Shown: positions 18,589 to 28,048, counted from the stretch's first letter. The stretch is DNA of 64,000 nt from Patescibacteria group bacterium (GCA_041661505.1 JBAZUF010000001.1:47144-111143); one strand, 5' to 3'. The notes: generated by a model from the sequence alone, not told the origin. Program-made: numbers and translations.

Positions 18589-19377
18589 CTAGAATTTAAA
18601 TTGCATTGCAAGATACCCGATGCCGAAAGGGGATTCATAAGAAAGCTCAATCGGGCGGCATTTCATTCCGTCAAGGATCCCTAATAAAATAGCGATGGAT
18701 TTCAGTCCGCACTCGCAGGCTTCATGGATGAATTTTTCATCCATTTTTATTATCTCTTGGGTTTTTCCGGTTAAAAGCAATTCAATTAATTCTTTGTCGA
18801 ATTTTTTTCCTTTAGGCGAGTAGCCAGCCGGGGAATTTTTGGAAAGCCGGTGCGACAAATCTCCCGAAGCAACTACCGCCACCCGTTCCTTGGTGCGCAG
18901 AATCTCTTTTTTCAAAAGCCGGCCAAAAAGATAATTGGCTTCCAAATTTTGGCCCGAGTAATAAATGGGTATTATTTTAATTTTCGGCAAATGGGGAACA
19001 AGCTGGAGAAGCGGAACAGAAGCCCCATAGTCCAGTTTCTCTTCCGAAATCATCTGGAGCGGCGCCTTTGTTTCCAGGCGTTCGCGGATTTTATGGGCCA
19101 GCATTATATTTCCCGAGACCGTGAGTTTGGTCGAAAAATCGCCGAAGCCTTCCATATTAGCGGTAAATTCCGGGCTTTGGTTTAACGAAAAAGAATTCTC
19201 CTGGATACAGCCATGAGGCGAAATTATAATAAGCGTCTCCGGCTGGGAGGCGTACAAATCTTCCTCAAGCTTCTTATAGCTCTCGGAAGTTTTTTTTAAC
19301 AAGGCGGCGTTTTCTTTTCCGACCGAAGGGATGATTAACGGCGGGTGGGGAACGATTGATGAAAAAACTAATGACAT
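18589..19377 (-). CDS. MEMO1/AmmeMemoRadiSam protein B-like (class III extradiol dioxygenase fold)
   Basis: VPHPP, ISPHG, SGDLSHRL, ECG, SYESPFGIGY. Confidence 0.85.
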   Translation of the reverse strand: MSLVFSSIVPHPPLIIPSVGKENAALLKKTSESYKKLEEDLYASQPETLIIISPHGCIQENSFSLNQSPEFTANMEGFGDFSTKLTVSGNIMLAHKIRERLETKAPLQMISEEKLDYGASVPLLQLVPHLPKIKIIPIYYSGQNLEANYLFGRLLKKEILRTKERVAVVASGDLSHRLSKNSPAGYSPKGKKFDKELIELLLTGKTQEIIKMDEKFIHEACECGLKSIAILLGILDGMKCRPIELSYESPFGIGYLAMQFKF

Positions 19378-19379
19378 AT

Positions 19380-20831
19380 TTAATTATTAACCTGGCTGAT
19401 TAATTCGCCATCCGGATAAAGATCAAGCACTTTCTGCGAGGCGGTTATTACATTATTCCACTTATATCCCATTTTTTCAAATACTTCCCCGGATGTAAAG
19501 GCCCGTCGCAGGCCGTTCGAAATCAAATACACGCCCGGCGAGGAAGATGATTTTAAGAGTTCTCCGTCGTCGAATTTAACCGGCGCGGCTGTCTGGTATT
19601 TATCCAATTCGCCTTTGGCGGCTCTTTGGATTGTTTTGGTTTTGAATTTGGTCGTTAAAAATATCCGGTCCCAAATCGGCGCTTTAGTATTGTCGATTAC
19701 GTAAAAAACTCCGCCGGTCTTCGGGTCCTGCAAAAGCGCGCCGGTCGCGTAAGTCGAAGTCGCGGTAATCGGCGCGATCTCGCGAAAAGGCGCTAAATCA
19801 TTAAAAGTCACGTCGATTATTTCTTCAGGGTTTATCCCGGTCTTCCTTAAAGCTTCTCTTGAGGCAAAACCGCGGCGGGTATCGTCAACCAAAAGGTAAA
19901 CAGTACCTTTGGGCGAGCGGACTAAAGAATATTGGGAGAATTTAATCGGATCGCCGGCCGGGTATTTATCGATGTCGGACTTGGCTACCATAATAACTTT
20001 ATTGATGTCATATCGGGAGGTTAAGGCGCCCCGGCTGGTAAAAGGCCGTTTATTTCCGCTTTTAATCAGCCAAACGACGCTTTCGCCGGATACTTGCAGA
20101 AGCGATCCGTCGGGATAGTTCCTTACAAAATACTTAAGCCACAATTTGTAAAAATTGTAATTGCCGTTAAAAACATGCGGCGTGTAATTATAGAGGGCGG
20201 CGGTCGCCTGATTGGCCGGCGTAACGCTCATCGGCTCATTGGAAACGGTTCCGTAGGGGTTGGTGAAGGTATAAGTCACGCCGGCTTTGTAAGTATAAAG
20301 CTGGGGATTGTCTAGGTAGTCGCGAAATTGCAATGAGGCGGAATTTATTTGCTTCCAAAGCCCTTTCCACCTCGGATTAGGGCTGGAATTATCCGGACAG
20401 CCGTAGCCGGTTGCCCAATCAAGCTGTGATTGGGACGGCGAGCTGTCCTCAATCAGCCCCTGCTCTTTTTGCAAAAGCACCAGCAAAAATTTCGGATTAA
20501 TGCTGTTGGCAATTGCCCGGTCATATATGATTTGCGCGGCGGTCATAGCCGGGCCGGAACAGGCGGCGGCGTTTAATAAGTCGTCCGATGTACAGCTATT
20601 CACCTTATAGCCGGCCAAAAAGCTTCCCTTCAAAAGTAAAAACTCCTGGATATCGTCCTGATCCATTGAGTTAGAATCCAAAATTTCCAAATCGCTTATT
20701 ATGTAGTTTGGGTTAAAGTTGGAGTCAATGGTTTGCGCCAAAGCCTCCGGCGAAAAATAAAGGCTTTGCGCCATTGAAACGGCCATAAACAAAAAAAGCC
20801 AAGCGGCGCGGTTTATTATTTTTTTACGCAT
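19380..20831 (-). CDS. Secreted protein with a putative cell-wall-hydrolase-like N-domain and four C-terminal repeats
   Basis: Signal peptide; INPKFLLVLLQKEQGL, ATGYGCPD, ATAALYNYTPH; repeats of the type DGxLL...VYLI..G.KR.F. Confidence 0.75.
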   Translation of the reverse strand: MRKKIINRAAWLFLFMAVSMAQSLYFSPEALAQTIDSNFNPNYIISDLEILDSNSMDQDDIQEFLLLKGSFLAGYKVNSCTSDDLLNAAACSGPAMTAAQIIYDRAIANSINPKFLLVLLQKEQGLIEDSSPSQSQLDWATGYGCPDNSSPNPRWKGLWKQINSASLQFRDYLDNPQLYTYKAGVTYTFTNPYGTVSNEPMSVTPANQATAALYNYTPHVFNGNYNFYKLWLKYFVRNYPDGSLLQVSGESVVWLIKSGNKRPFTSRGALTSRYDINKVIMVAKSDIDKYPAGDPIKFSQYSLVRSPKGTVYLLVDDTRRGFASREALRKTGINPEEIIDVTFNDLAPFREIAPITATSTYATGALLQDPKTGGVFYVIDNTKAPIWDRIFLTTKFKTKTIQRAAKGELDKYQTAAPVKFDDGELLKSSSSPGVYLISNGLRRAFTSGEVFEKMGYKWNNVITASQKVLDLYPDGELISQVNN

Positions 20832-21020
20832 AATTCCAGTTTATTCAAATGTTCAGATAATAATTTGCGAACAAAAATTTTCCTCACTCATTCTATTATA
20901 ATATACGTCGCCTAGTCCTGGCAAATTACATCTATTTCTTCAATAAAATTCAAATTTGGCTAAGGTTTAACGATTGTGCAAATGCCAGGGTAAATCTGCA
21001 ATAATCCGTCAAAATTCCGT

Positions 21021-21049
21021 TTGACAGGTCCTTATTTTAATAATATGTT
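21021..21049 (+). promoter_or_regulatory. Sigma70-type promoter of the standalone small-peptide transcript
   Basis: TTGACA-N17-TATGTT. Confidence 0.6.
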
Positions 21050-21168
21050 TAAATCATATCCCCGGGGTTGGCAGTTATATGCCCACTAACATGGGGAAAG
21101 CTGTTCAGGTTTTACTGGAGCGGGCGGTTTTACTGGACAGCAGTACCAGTTTGGAAGGAGAAAATCCG

Positions 21169-21315
21169 ATGATTAAAATTACCGAAGTTGAACGCAAAAT
21201 TCTCGGAATAGGGGCGGCCGCAACATGCCAGCCCAGTCCCGAGACTCCTTCGTGCCATGCCCCGTTGGGCCATTCTTCGTTGCCGTGCCATGCGCCAGTA
21301 GCCCAGGCAACTTGA
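21169..21315 (+). CDS. 48-aa Cys/His/Pro peptide with duplicated CHAP motif
   Basis: AAGGAG SD 8 nt before the ATG; MIKITEVERKILGIGAAATCQPSPETPSCHAPLGHSSLPCHAPVAQAT; has its own promoter and terminator. Confidence 0.55.
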   Translation: MIKITEVERKILGIGAAATCQPSPETPSCHAPLGHSSLPCHAPVAQAT

Positions 21316-21430
21316 CACGGTCCGACGGAACTCTCCAGTTAATGGAGAACAACGGGGTTTTCGCCATAGTCTAAGGGAGGCGTGGCGATTCAAATCCGCT
21401 CCAGTTCTTTTAAATTTTTCACAACTCCAG

Positions 21431-21475
21431 GGCCAGACCATCCGTTTTATTAGGATGTTCTGGCCTAATTTTTTT
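21431..21475 (+). terminator. Intrinsic terminator
   Basis: GGCCAGACCATCC...GGATGTTCTGGCC followed by a T-run. Confidence 0.7.
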
Positions 21476-21641
21476 ATGAAAATTCTTAATAAAGTTAGCT
21501 GAATTGGCCAATTAGCGGTAAATTGACTTTTGGTAAAAAATAAGCTAATATAAAGACAAGCTAAATAACCAAAATTTTTTAGCTAATTTTAAAGTAGTGT
21601 CCAGAATTTTGGAGATAAAAGTTCTTTAAATTTTACTAATT

Positions 21642-22223
21642 CCAGGGTAAGCGGATAGTCGCTCCGCCCCGCATCTGCGGGGCGGAGAGGAAAGTCCGGA
21701 CTCCCGTCCCGTCCGCGTTTTGCAGGCGGGATGATAGCGGCAGTGGGTAACGCCCACCTATCCGCCCGGTAATCGGACGGATAAGGGAAAGTGTCTTGCC
21801 CGTACTGCGGGCAAGATCCTGCTTCCTTAATTCACATTAAGAAAGCAGGGCCACAGAGACAATACTAACCGCGGGGCGTTTACCTTGAGTGAAAAAAACG
21901 TACCGAAGGGCTTTAGGGCCTTTTGATTGCGCTTTAGTCTCGCTTAAGGTAATCGCTTCGCGGTGAAAGGTGAAAAGCTGCTTGGTGTTTTTGGTTATAC
22001 CGGATATCCATATAACTTTAAGCTACAAGTATTCCCGGCTGGTAACAGCCGCGGATGGCAAACCCTGCCTGGAGCAAGAACAAAGCCTCGCCCATATTTT
22101 GAGCGGGGTAAAAAGTAGTTCGCTTGATCCCGCGGGCAACCGCGGGGCTAGATAAATGGCTATCCATCCTTAGCTTCGCATTGAAGAAAAGGAGGACAGA
22201 ATCCGGCTTATAGCTTGCCCTGG
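21642..22223 (+). ncRNA. rnpB: RNase P RNA (unusually long, about 580 nt)
   Basis: GAGGAAAGTCCGG near the 5' end, GCCACAGAGAC, GGCAAACCC..GGAGCAAG, CTAGATAAATGG, ACAGAATCCGGCTTA near the 3' end; terminal P1 helix CCAGGGTAAGC/GCTTGCCCTGG. Confidence 0.95.
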
Positions 22224-22287
22224 AATTAGTGGAATTTACTCTCGAAGATCCTAAATCATTCTAAATAATTATCTTCTAGTAATTATT

Positions 22288-23703
22288 ATGAAGCGCTCCG
22301 AACTCTTCTTTTCATTCCTTCTCGTTCCTCTCGATTTTATAATGATTATTTTAGCCGGCCTTTCGGCTTACTATATCCGGTTTGCCCGTTTTTTTACGGA
22401 AATAAGGCCGGTTATTTTTAATTTGACGGTAAACGATTATTTAAAAATTTTAATTCCCATCGGTTTATCCTGGCTCGTGATTTTTGCTTTGGCCGGACTT
22501 TACCGGATTAAATCGAAACGCCGGTTTGCCCGAGAATTTTACCGCGTGGTTTTAGCCTGCTCGACCGGATTAATGCTGATAGTCGTTTTGATTTTCGTCC
22601 GCCGCGAGCTTTTTGACTCGCGCTTCATCGTTTTAGCCGGCTGGATTTTTGCCGTCGTCTATATCACCTTAGCCCGGGGCTTTATCCGCGGCGTCCAAAA
22701 TTATCTTCACAATTTCGGAATCGGCGTCCATAAATTGGCTATAGTCGGAAATTCAAAAACTACTGAAATTTTAGTCCACGACTTTTGCTCTAATAAAAAA
22801 CTGGGCTACGGCGTGGCTAAGCGCCTACGGGGCTTTTCTATAGCCGAAGCGCAGGAATTGGAGGAATTTTTGAAAACCGGCGAAGTTGACGAAATTCTCC
22901 AAAGCGATCCGAATTTATCCAAAGCCGAAATTATCCGCCTTTATGATTTTGCCAGCGAACACCATCTTACTTTTAAATACGCAGCCGACCTTTTAGGAGC
23001 TAAAGTCTTAAAAACCGAGGTTACGGATATTTCCGGAGTTCCGATTGTTGAAGTTATAAAGACTCCTTTAGAAGGCTGGGGAAGGATTGTCAAAAGATTT
23101 TTCGATGTTGCGGTTTCATCAATCTTAATAATCATCCTTTCGCCCATTCTCGCCATTACCGCTGTTCTAATAAAAATCGATTCGCACGGGCCGATTTTTT
23201 TCTCGCGACGAGATGACGGTTCCCGGCTTTTTCGGGTGGGCCAGGGGGGCAGATTATTCAAATATATAAAATTTCGGTCAATGATACCGGGCACTGATGA
23301 AATGCGTTATAAGGAATTAGCGGAAAAAAACATTCGCAAAGGCGAACCGCTGGTAAAAATAAAAGACGACCCGCGAATAACCCGAATCGGGAAATTTATA
23401 CGAAGGACCAGCATTGATGAATTGCCTGAATTGTTTTTGGTCTTAAAAGGCGATATGAGCCTGGTCGGCCCGCGCCCGCATCTTCCCGAAGAAGTAGCCA
23501 AATACGAACTGCACCATAAAAAAGTTTTGACCATCAAGCCCGGCATTTCCGGACTGGCCCAGATTTCTGGCCGGAGCGATTTGAATTTTGAAGATGAAGT
23601 TAAATTGGATACATATTATATTGAAAACTGGTCTTTACTTCTTGATATGTCCATTCTTTTAAGGACGCCTTTTGCCGTAGTCCGGCCGAGAAAGGCGGAA
23701 TAA
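22288..23703 (+). CDS. Polyprenyl-phosphate sugar-1-phosphate transferase (WcaJ/CpsE family)
   Basis: N-terminal TM segments; KRFFD, KFRSM, DDPRIT.IG, SIDELP, MSLVGPRP, KPGISGLAQ. Confidence 0.93.
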   Translation: MKRSELFFSFLLVPLDFIMIILAGLSAYYIRFARFFTEIRPVIFNLTVNDYLKILIPIGLSWLVIFALAGLYRIKSKRRFAREFYRVVLACSTGLMLIVVLIFVRRELFDSRFIVLAGWIFAVVYITLARGFIRGVQNYLHNFGIGVHKLAIVGNSKTTEILVHDFCSNKKLGYGVAKRLRGFSIAEAQELEEFLKTGEVDEILQSDPNLSKAEIIRLYDFASEHHLTFKYAADLLGAKVLKTEVTDISGVPIVEVIKTPLEGWGRIVKRFFDVAVSSILIIILSPILAITAVLIKIDSHGPIFFSRRDDGSRLFRVGQGGRLFKYIKFRSMIPGTDEMRYKELAEKNIRKGEPLVKIKDDPRITRIGKFIRRTSIDELPELFLVLKGDMSLVGPRPHLPEEVAKYELHHKKVLTIKPGISGLAQISGRSDLNFEDEVKLDTYYIENWSLLLDMSILLRTPFAVVRPRKAE

Positions 23704-23708
23704 AAATT

Positions 23709-24320
23709 ATGAAATTATATATTGTCAGGCATGGCGAGACAGATTACAATACTAAGAAAATTATTCAGGGCCAGGTTAATACGCCGCTGAACAAAAAAGG
23801 CGAAAAACAAGCTAAGTTGATAGCAAAAAGATTAGGTGTCGTTAACTTTGACCTCATATATTCCTCTGATCTTAGGCGGGCCAAACAAACCACCAAAGAA
23901 ATAATGAAATTTCAGAAGTGCCTGGTGAAATATGTCAAAGAACTAAGAGAAAGACATTATGGAATTTTTCAAAATAAGTTCGAGCAAATTTATTATGAAT
24001 ATCTTGCCCAAAACAATGTTTCCAGCCATAATCCGGACTACCGGATTCCCGGCGGCGAATCGAGACAGGATCACTATATAAGAGTAGAAAAATTTCTGGA
24101 AAAAATCTATAAAAAACACAAAGATAAAACCGTATTGCTATCCACTCACGGCGGAACAAAAAAGGCGATTTTAAGGTATTTAATAAATATCCCTCGCAAC
24201 CAATATGGCATAAAGGACCCTGATAACGCCAGCCTCACCATTGTTCAATTCCATGAGAATGGGAAACATAAGATAGAGCTGGAGGGCGATGTTAAACACT
24301 TAAAAAATCTAAAACAATGA
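23709..24320 (+). CDS. Histidine phosphatase family protein
   Basis: VRHGET, SSDLRRA, GGES, STHGG. Confidence 0.92.
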   Translation: MKLYIVRHGETDYNTKKIIQGQVNTPLNKKGEKQAKLIAKRLGVVNFDLIYSSDLRRAKQTTKEIMKFQKCLVKYVKELRERHYGIFQNKFEQIYYEYLAQNNVSSHNPDYRIPGGESRQDHYIRVEKFLEKIYKKHKDKTVLLSTHGGTKKAILRYLINIPRNQYGIKDPDNASLTIVQFHENGKHKIELEGDVKHLKNLKQ

Positions 24321-25432
24321 AAGTCGCGTTAATTCATGACCATCTCGCCCAGGACGGCGGAGCGGAAAAAGTCCTAAAAGCGTTTTCGGAAATTTATCCG
24401 GACGCGCCGATTTATACTTTGCTTTACAATAAAAAGAATATTGATAAATATTATCCCGGCCGGCGGGTAGAAGCTTCGATTATCCAAAAAATGCCCGGCG
24501 GGGTTAAACATTACCAGTGGTACATGCCGTTCATGCCGATGGCGATCGAGTTTTTCGATTTGCGCGGTTTTGACGTGGTTCTTTCCGATACCGCTTCATT
24601 CGCCAAGGGAGTAATTACCGGCCCGGAAACTTTGCATATTTGTTATTGCCATACTCCCACCCGATATTTATGGTCGGATACGCACCAGTATATTAATGAA
24701 TTAAAGTACAATAAATTTTTCAAAAAAATCATCTCCATGGTTTTGAATAACGTAAGGATGTGGGACCGGCTGGCCGCCGACCGGGTAGACGTATTTATCG
24801 CCAATTCCAAAGTCGTCGCCCGCCGGATAAAAAAATATTACCAGCGTGAAAGCGTAGTTATTTATCCGCCTACGGAAATTGAAAAATTCCACGCCAGTGA
24901 TAAAGTCGGCGATTACTTTTTGTGCGGCTGTCGGTTGGTTCCATATAAAAGAATTGACATCGTTATTGAAGCTTTCAAAAAGCTAGGTGCTCCATATAAA
25001 TTGAAAATTTTCGGTGATGGAATTGATTTGCCGCGCTTAAAAAAAATCGCCGGCGAGGCGCAAAATATTGAATTCATGGGCCGCGTTTCCGACGAAGAAA
25101 GAGCCAAGCTTTTTGCCGAATGCCAGGCCTTTATCAATCCCCAGGTCGAAGATTTCGGCATAACCATAATGGAAGCTATGGCCTCGGGCCGGCCGGTCAT
25201 TGCCTTAAAGCAGGGCGGCGCCTGCGAAAGCGTTATTAAGGGGAAGACCGGGGAATTTTTCCGCGAAGAAACACCCGAACAAGTTATTGAGGCAATAGAA
25301 AAATTTGATCCAGCTAAATACGATTCGGCTGAAATCCGCGCCTACGCCGAAAAATTTTCCGGAGAAAAATTTAAACAATCCATAAAAGATTTTGTTGAAA
25401 AAGAATATAATAATTTTGTTAATTGCAATTAA
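24317..25432 (+). CDS. Glycosyltransferase family 4
   Basis: GGAEKV, YCHTPTRYLW, RLVPYKR, EDFGITIMEAMASG. Confidence 0.93.
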   Translation: MKVALIHDHLAQDGGAEKVLKAFSEIYPDAPIYTLLYNKKNIDKYYPGRRVEASIIQKMPGGVKHYQWYMPFMPMAIEFFDLRGFDVVLSDTASFAKGVITGPETLHICYCHTPTRYLWSDTHQYINELKYNKFFKKIISMVLNNVRMWDRLAADRVDVFIANSKVVARRIKKYYQRESVVIYPPTEIEKFHASDKVGDYFLCGCRLVPYKRIDIVIEAFKKLGAPYKLKIFGDGIDLPRLKKIAGEAQNIEFMGRVSDEERAKLFAECQAFINPQVEDFGITIMEAMASGRPVIALKQGGACESVIKGKTGEFFREETPEQVIEAIEKFDPAKYDSAEIRAYAEKFSGEKFKQSIKDFVEKEYNNFVNCN

Positions 25433-25465
25433 TTGACAAGTTGTTCGTCAGTATGATAATGTAAG

Positions 25466-25486
25466 AAAGTAAGAATTTCTTACTTT
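25466..25486. promoter_or_regulatory. Palindromic operator upstream of the toxin-antitoxin pair
   Basis: AAAGTAAGAA-T-TTCTTACTTT downstream of TTGACA (25433). Confidence 0.6.
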
Positions 25487-25506
25487 TATTCTTAAACCAA
25501 AAATTT

Positions 25507-25758
25507 ATGCCTACCGTGGTAAAAACAACTTCCAAAGGACAAATAACTTTGCCGATAAAATGGCGAAGAAAATTTAAAACCAATCAGTTTATCTTAGAGT
25601 GCCAAGGCAACAGTCTAACGATTCAGCCGCTGGATTTAACCAAGATTCCAAAACCCAGAAAGAATGAGCAGGTTATTTTTGACGCGATAAGAGATAACAA
25701 GGGCAAGGGTATTCCGGCCCGGGAAATTTTAAAAATTTTACAAAAACTGAATGGATGA
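25507..25758 (+). CDS. AbrB/MazE/SpoVT-family DNA-binding protein (putative antitoxin)
   Basis: TTSKGQITLP..WR motif. Confidence 0.8.
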   Translation: MPTVVKTTSKGQITLPIKWRRKFKTNQFILECQGNSLTIQPLDLTKIPKPRKNEQVIFDAIRDNKGKGIPAREILKILQKLNG

Positions 25759-25999
25759 AGTTGAAAAACTTCTGAACAAAATCTCAAAAAGGGAAAGGGA
25801 GGCGGTAGAGGAGGTTATCGCTCTTTCAGTGTCCGGCCGAACAAAAAAACTGAATATCAAAAAAATAGCCAACAGCTGTCTCTTCAGAGTTAAAGCCAAA
25901 AGGTTCAGGATTATTTATCATTTTGATTATAGCGAAGTAATAATTGATACGATAAGGATTCGAGACAAAAATACTTATAAAAACTTGCCTAAAATATAA
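25751..25999 (+). CDS. RelE/ParE-like toxin
   Basis: 82 aa, basic, FRVKAKRFRIIY..IRIR; overlaps the antitoxin stop. Confidence 0.7.
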   Translation: MDEVEKLLNKISKREREAVEEVIALSVSGRTKKLNIKKIANSCLFRVKAKRFRIIYHFDYSEVIIDTIRIRDKNTYKNLPKI

Positions 26000-26002
26000 T
26001 TT

Positions 26003-27463
26003 ATGTCCAACATAAGGGTCAGAATCGCTCCATCTCCCACCGGCTTTTTACATATCGGCAATTTACGCACTGCGCTTTTTGATTATGTCATCGCCAAGCA
26101 TTACGGCGGCAAGATGATAATCCGCATTGAAGACACTGACCAAAAAAGGGAGGTGCCGGGCGCCGTTGAAAGTTTACTCCGGGTTTTTGACTGGATCGGA
26201 ATAAAATTCGATGAGGGTCCTGAAATCGGAGGCCCGTTCGCGCCGTACATCCAAACCCAAAGACTCGATATTTATAAAAAACACGCCGAAGAACTTTTGG
26301 AAAAAGGCGGCGCTTACCCTTGTTTTTGCTCACCGGAAAGACTGGACCAGATGCGGCGCGACCAGCAGTCAAGAAAAGAACCGCCGCACTACGACCGCCA
26401 TTGCCGGGAACTTTCAAAGGATGAAGCCGCGAAAAAAATCGCGTCCGGAGAAAAATTTGTCCTCCGCCAAAAAATGCCTCTGGACGGAAAAACTGTTGTC
26501 CATGATGAATTGCGGGGCGACATTGGATTTAATAATAGCGAGCTGGAAGATCACGTTTTAATAAAATCCGACGGAATTCCGACTTATCAGTTCGCCAGCG
26601 TGGTTGACGACCACCTGATGGAAATTTCGCACGTTCTTCGCGGCGAAGAATGGATTCCGTCTTTTCCAAAAAATATTTTACTCTACCAGGCCTTTGGCTG
26701 GATCGCGCCTAAATTTATTCACATGGCGCTCACTTTAAATAAAGGCGGCGGAAAATTAAGTAAGCGCCAGGGCGATGTCGCGGTCGAGGATTACAAAGCT
26801 AAAGGGTATCTGCCCGAAGCTTTAATTAACTTCAGCATCCTGCAAGGCTGGCATCCCAAGGGCGACGAAGAAATTCTAACCCTCGCCCAGATTATCGAAA
26901 AATTCAGGATTGAAGACATGGGCACCAGCCCGGCGATTTTTGATATTGAAAAACTGGATTACTTTAACGGCTATTATATCCGCCATAAATCTTTGGATGA
27001 AATTTATAAACTGTGCCTGCCGTATTTAGAAGAAAATTTAAAAAAAACATCCAATCCCAAAAAAAAATCCAAGTCTTTCATTAAAGCCGTTATTTCTCTT
27101 GAGCAGGAAAGACTGAAAAAACTGTCCGAGATCGGCGAGCTTACTGAATTTTTGTTTGTTGATAAGCCCGAATACGATCCGGAACTTTTGGTTTGGAAAA
27201 AAATGACTATTGATCAGGTGAAACAAAATCTGCAGGAGATAATTGAGGTTTTAGGACGCATCCCCGAAGATAATTGGACCAATGATTCGATTGAAGACGC
27301 GGTAAAATCGCATATACAGGCGAAAAACGGCAGTATGGGCGAATATTTATGGCCCATGCGCGTCGCTTTAACCGGCCGCAAGGCCTCGCCCCCGCCCTTT
27401 GATGTCGCCGAAGTATTAGGGAAGGAGGAGAGTATTAATAGAATAACACAGGTGATTAAATAA
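26003..27463 (+). CDS. gltX: Glutamyl-tRNA synthetase
   Basis: RIAPSPTGFLHIGN, RIEDTD, VVDDH, KLSKR. Confidence 0.97.
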   Translation: MSNIRVRIAPSPTGFLHIGNLRTALFDYVIAKHYGGKMIIRIEDTDQKREVPGAVESLLRVFDWIGIKFDEGPEIGGPFAPYIQTQRLDIYKKHAEELLEKGGAYPCFCSPERLDQMRRDQQSRKEPPHYDRHCRELSKDEAAKKIASGEKFVLRQKMPLDGKTVVHDELRGDIGFNNSELEDHVLIKSDGIPTYQFASVVDDHLMEISHVLRGEEWIPSFPKNILLYQAFGWIAPKFIHMALTLNKGGGKLSKRQGDVAVEDYKAKGYLPEALINFSILQGWHPKGDEEILTLAQIIEKFRIEDMGTSPAIFDIEKLDYFNGYYIRHKSLDEIYKLCLPYLEENLKKTSNPKKKSKSFIKAVISLEQERLKKLSEIGELTEFLFVDKPEYDPELLVWKKMTIDQVKQNLQEIIEVLGRIPEDNWTNDSIEDAVKSHIQAKNGSMGEYLWPMRVALTGRKASPPPFDVAEVLGKEESINRITQVIK

Positions 27464-27512
27464 AGAATATATTTTATTGCTCATTCTAAGCTAAAAGCAC
27501 AAGGAGACGATT

Positions 27513-27710
27513 ATGCCACGAAGAGCAAAACGAATTGAACTTGATGGTGAGGACGGCCCGTTTAGTAGTGTTGGCTCAAACACCGCTACCGTGGGAGACA
27601 TTATCGGAATCGGGCCTAAAAACGGCGACCTGCTCGACGAGCAGATAGCTATAATCGCCAATGGTCCCGAAAAGCTCAAAAAGGGACCGGGTAAGGAGGA
27701 AATCTCATGA
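27513..27710 (+). CDS. Small hypothetical protein
   Basis: AAGGAG SD; ATGA overlap with the next ORF. Confidence 0.5.
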   Translation: MPRRAKRIELDGEDGPFSSVGSNTATVGDIIGIGPKNGDLLDEQIAIIANGPEKLKKGPGKEEIS

Positions 27711-27970
27711 AGGAATGGGAGTTTACCGATCTGTTTTTGGTAAAAATCTTCGACGGTTTTTGCTGCCTGCTCTGTTTCTCGGGCAGTTACAGTTTCGTTA
27801 TGAAAGACGGAACTCGGACCAAAGCCGTGTCAAAAGCCGACGAACATCTGATCAACTATTGCGAATGCGACAACTGCACTACGCATTTCGCCGATCCAAG
27901 GAGATTCACACGTCCCTTTGTTCCCCAAATGCCCGACAAAATTCATCCCGACCGCGCCGAATTGAGCTAG
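27707..27970 (+). CDS. Small Cys-rich hypothetical protein
   Basis: AAGGAGG SD; CCLLC and CECDNC motifs. Confidence 0.5.
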   Translation: MKEWEFTDLFLVKIFDGFCCLLCFSGSYSFVMKDGTRTKAVSKADEHLINYCECDNCTTHFADPRRFTRPFVPQMPDKIHPDRAELS

Positions 27971-28048
27971 GCCTTGGGGCAGGGTTTCGGCACCGAAGCT
28001 AAAGGAGGCGGACAACAACAAGTTCGCCTCCTCCCAAAACCTAAAAAC

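Noticed and set aside
18589-19377. Complete AmmeMemoRadiSam system
   Set aside because: Only the MEMO-like gene is present; no AMMECR1-domain gene or cognate radical SAM gene is adjacent.
21114-21405. tmRNA or tRNA-Sec reading of the structured transcript (TTCAAAT loop, terminal pairing, internal ORF)
   Set aside because: No proper T-stem plus acceptor stem can be formed together, and the ORF has its own SD and ATG and lacks an Ala-Ala-type tag ending.
21970-22155. 61-aa ORF
   Set aside because: Lies entirely within the RNase P RNA.
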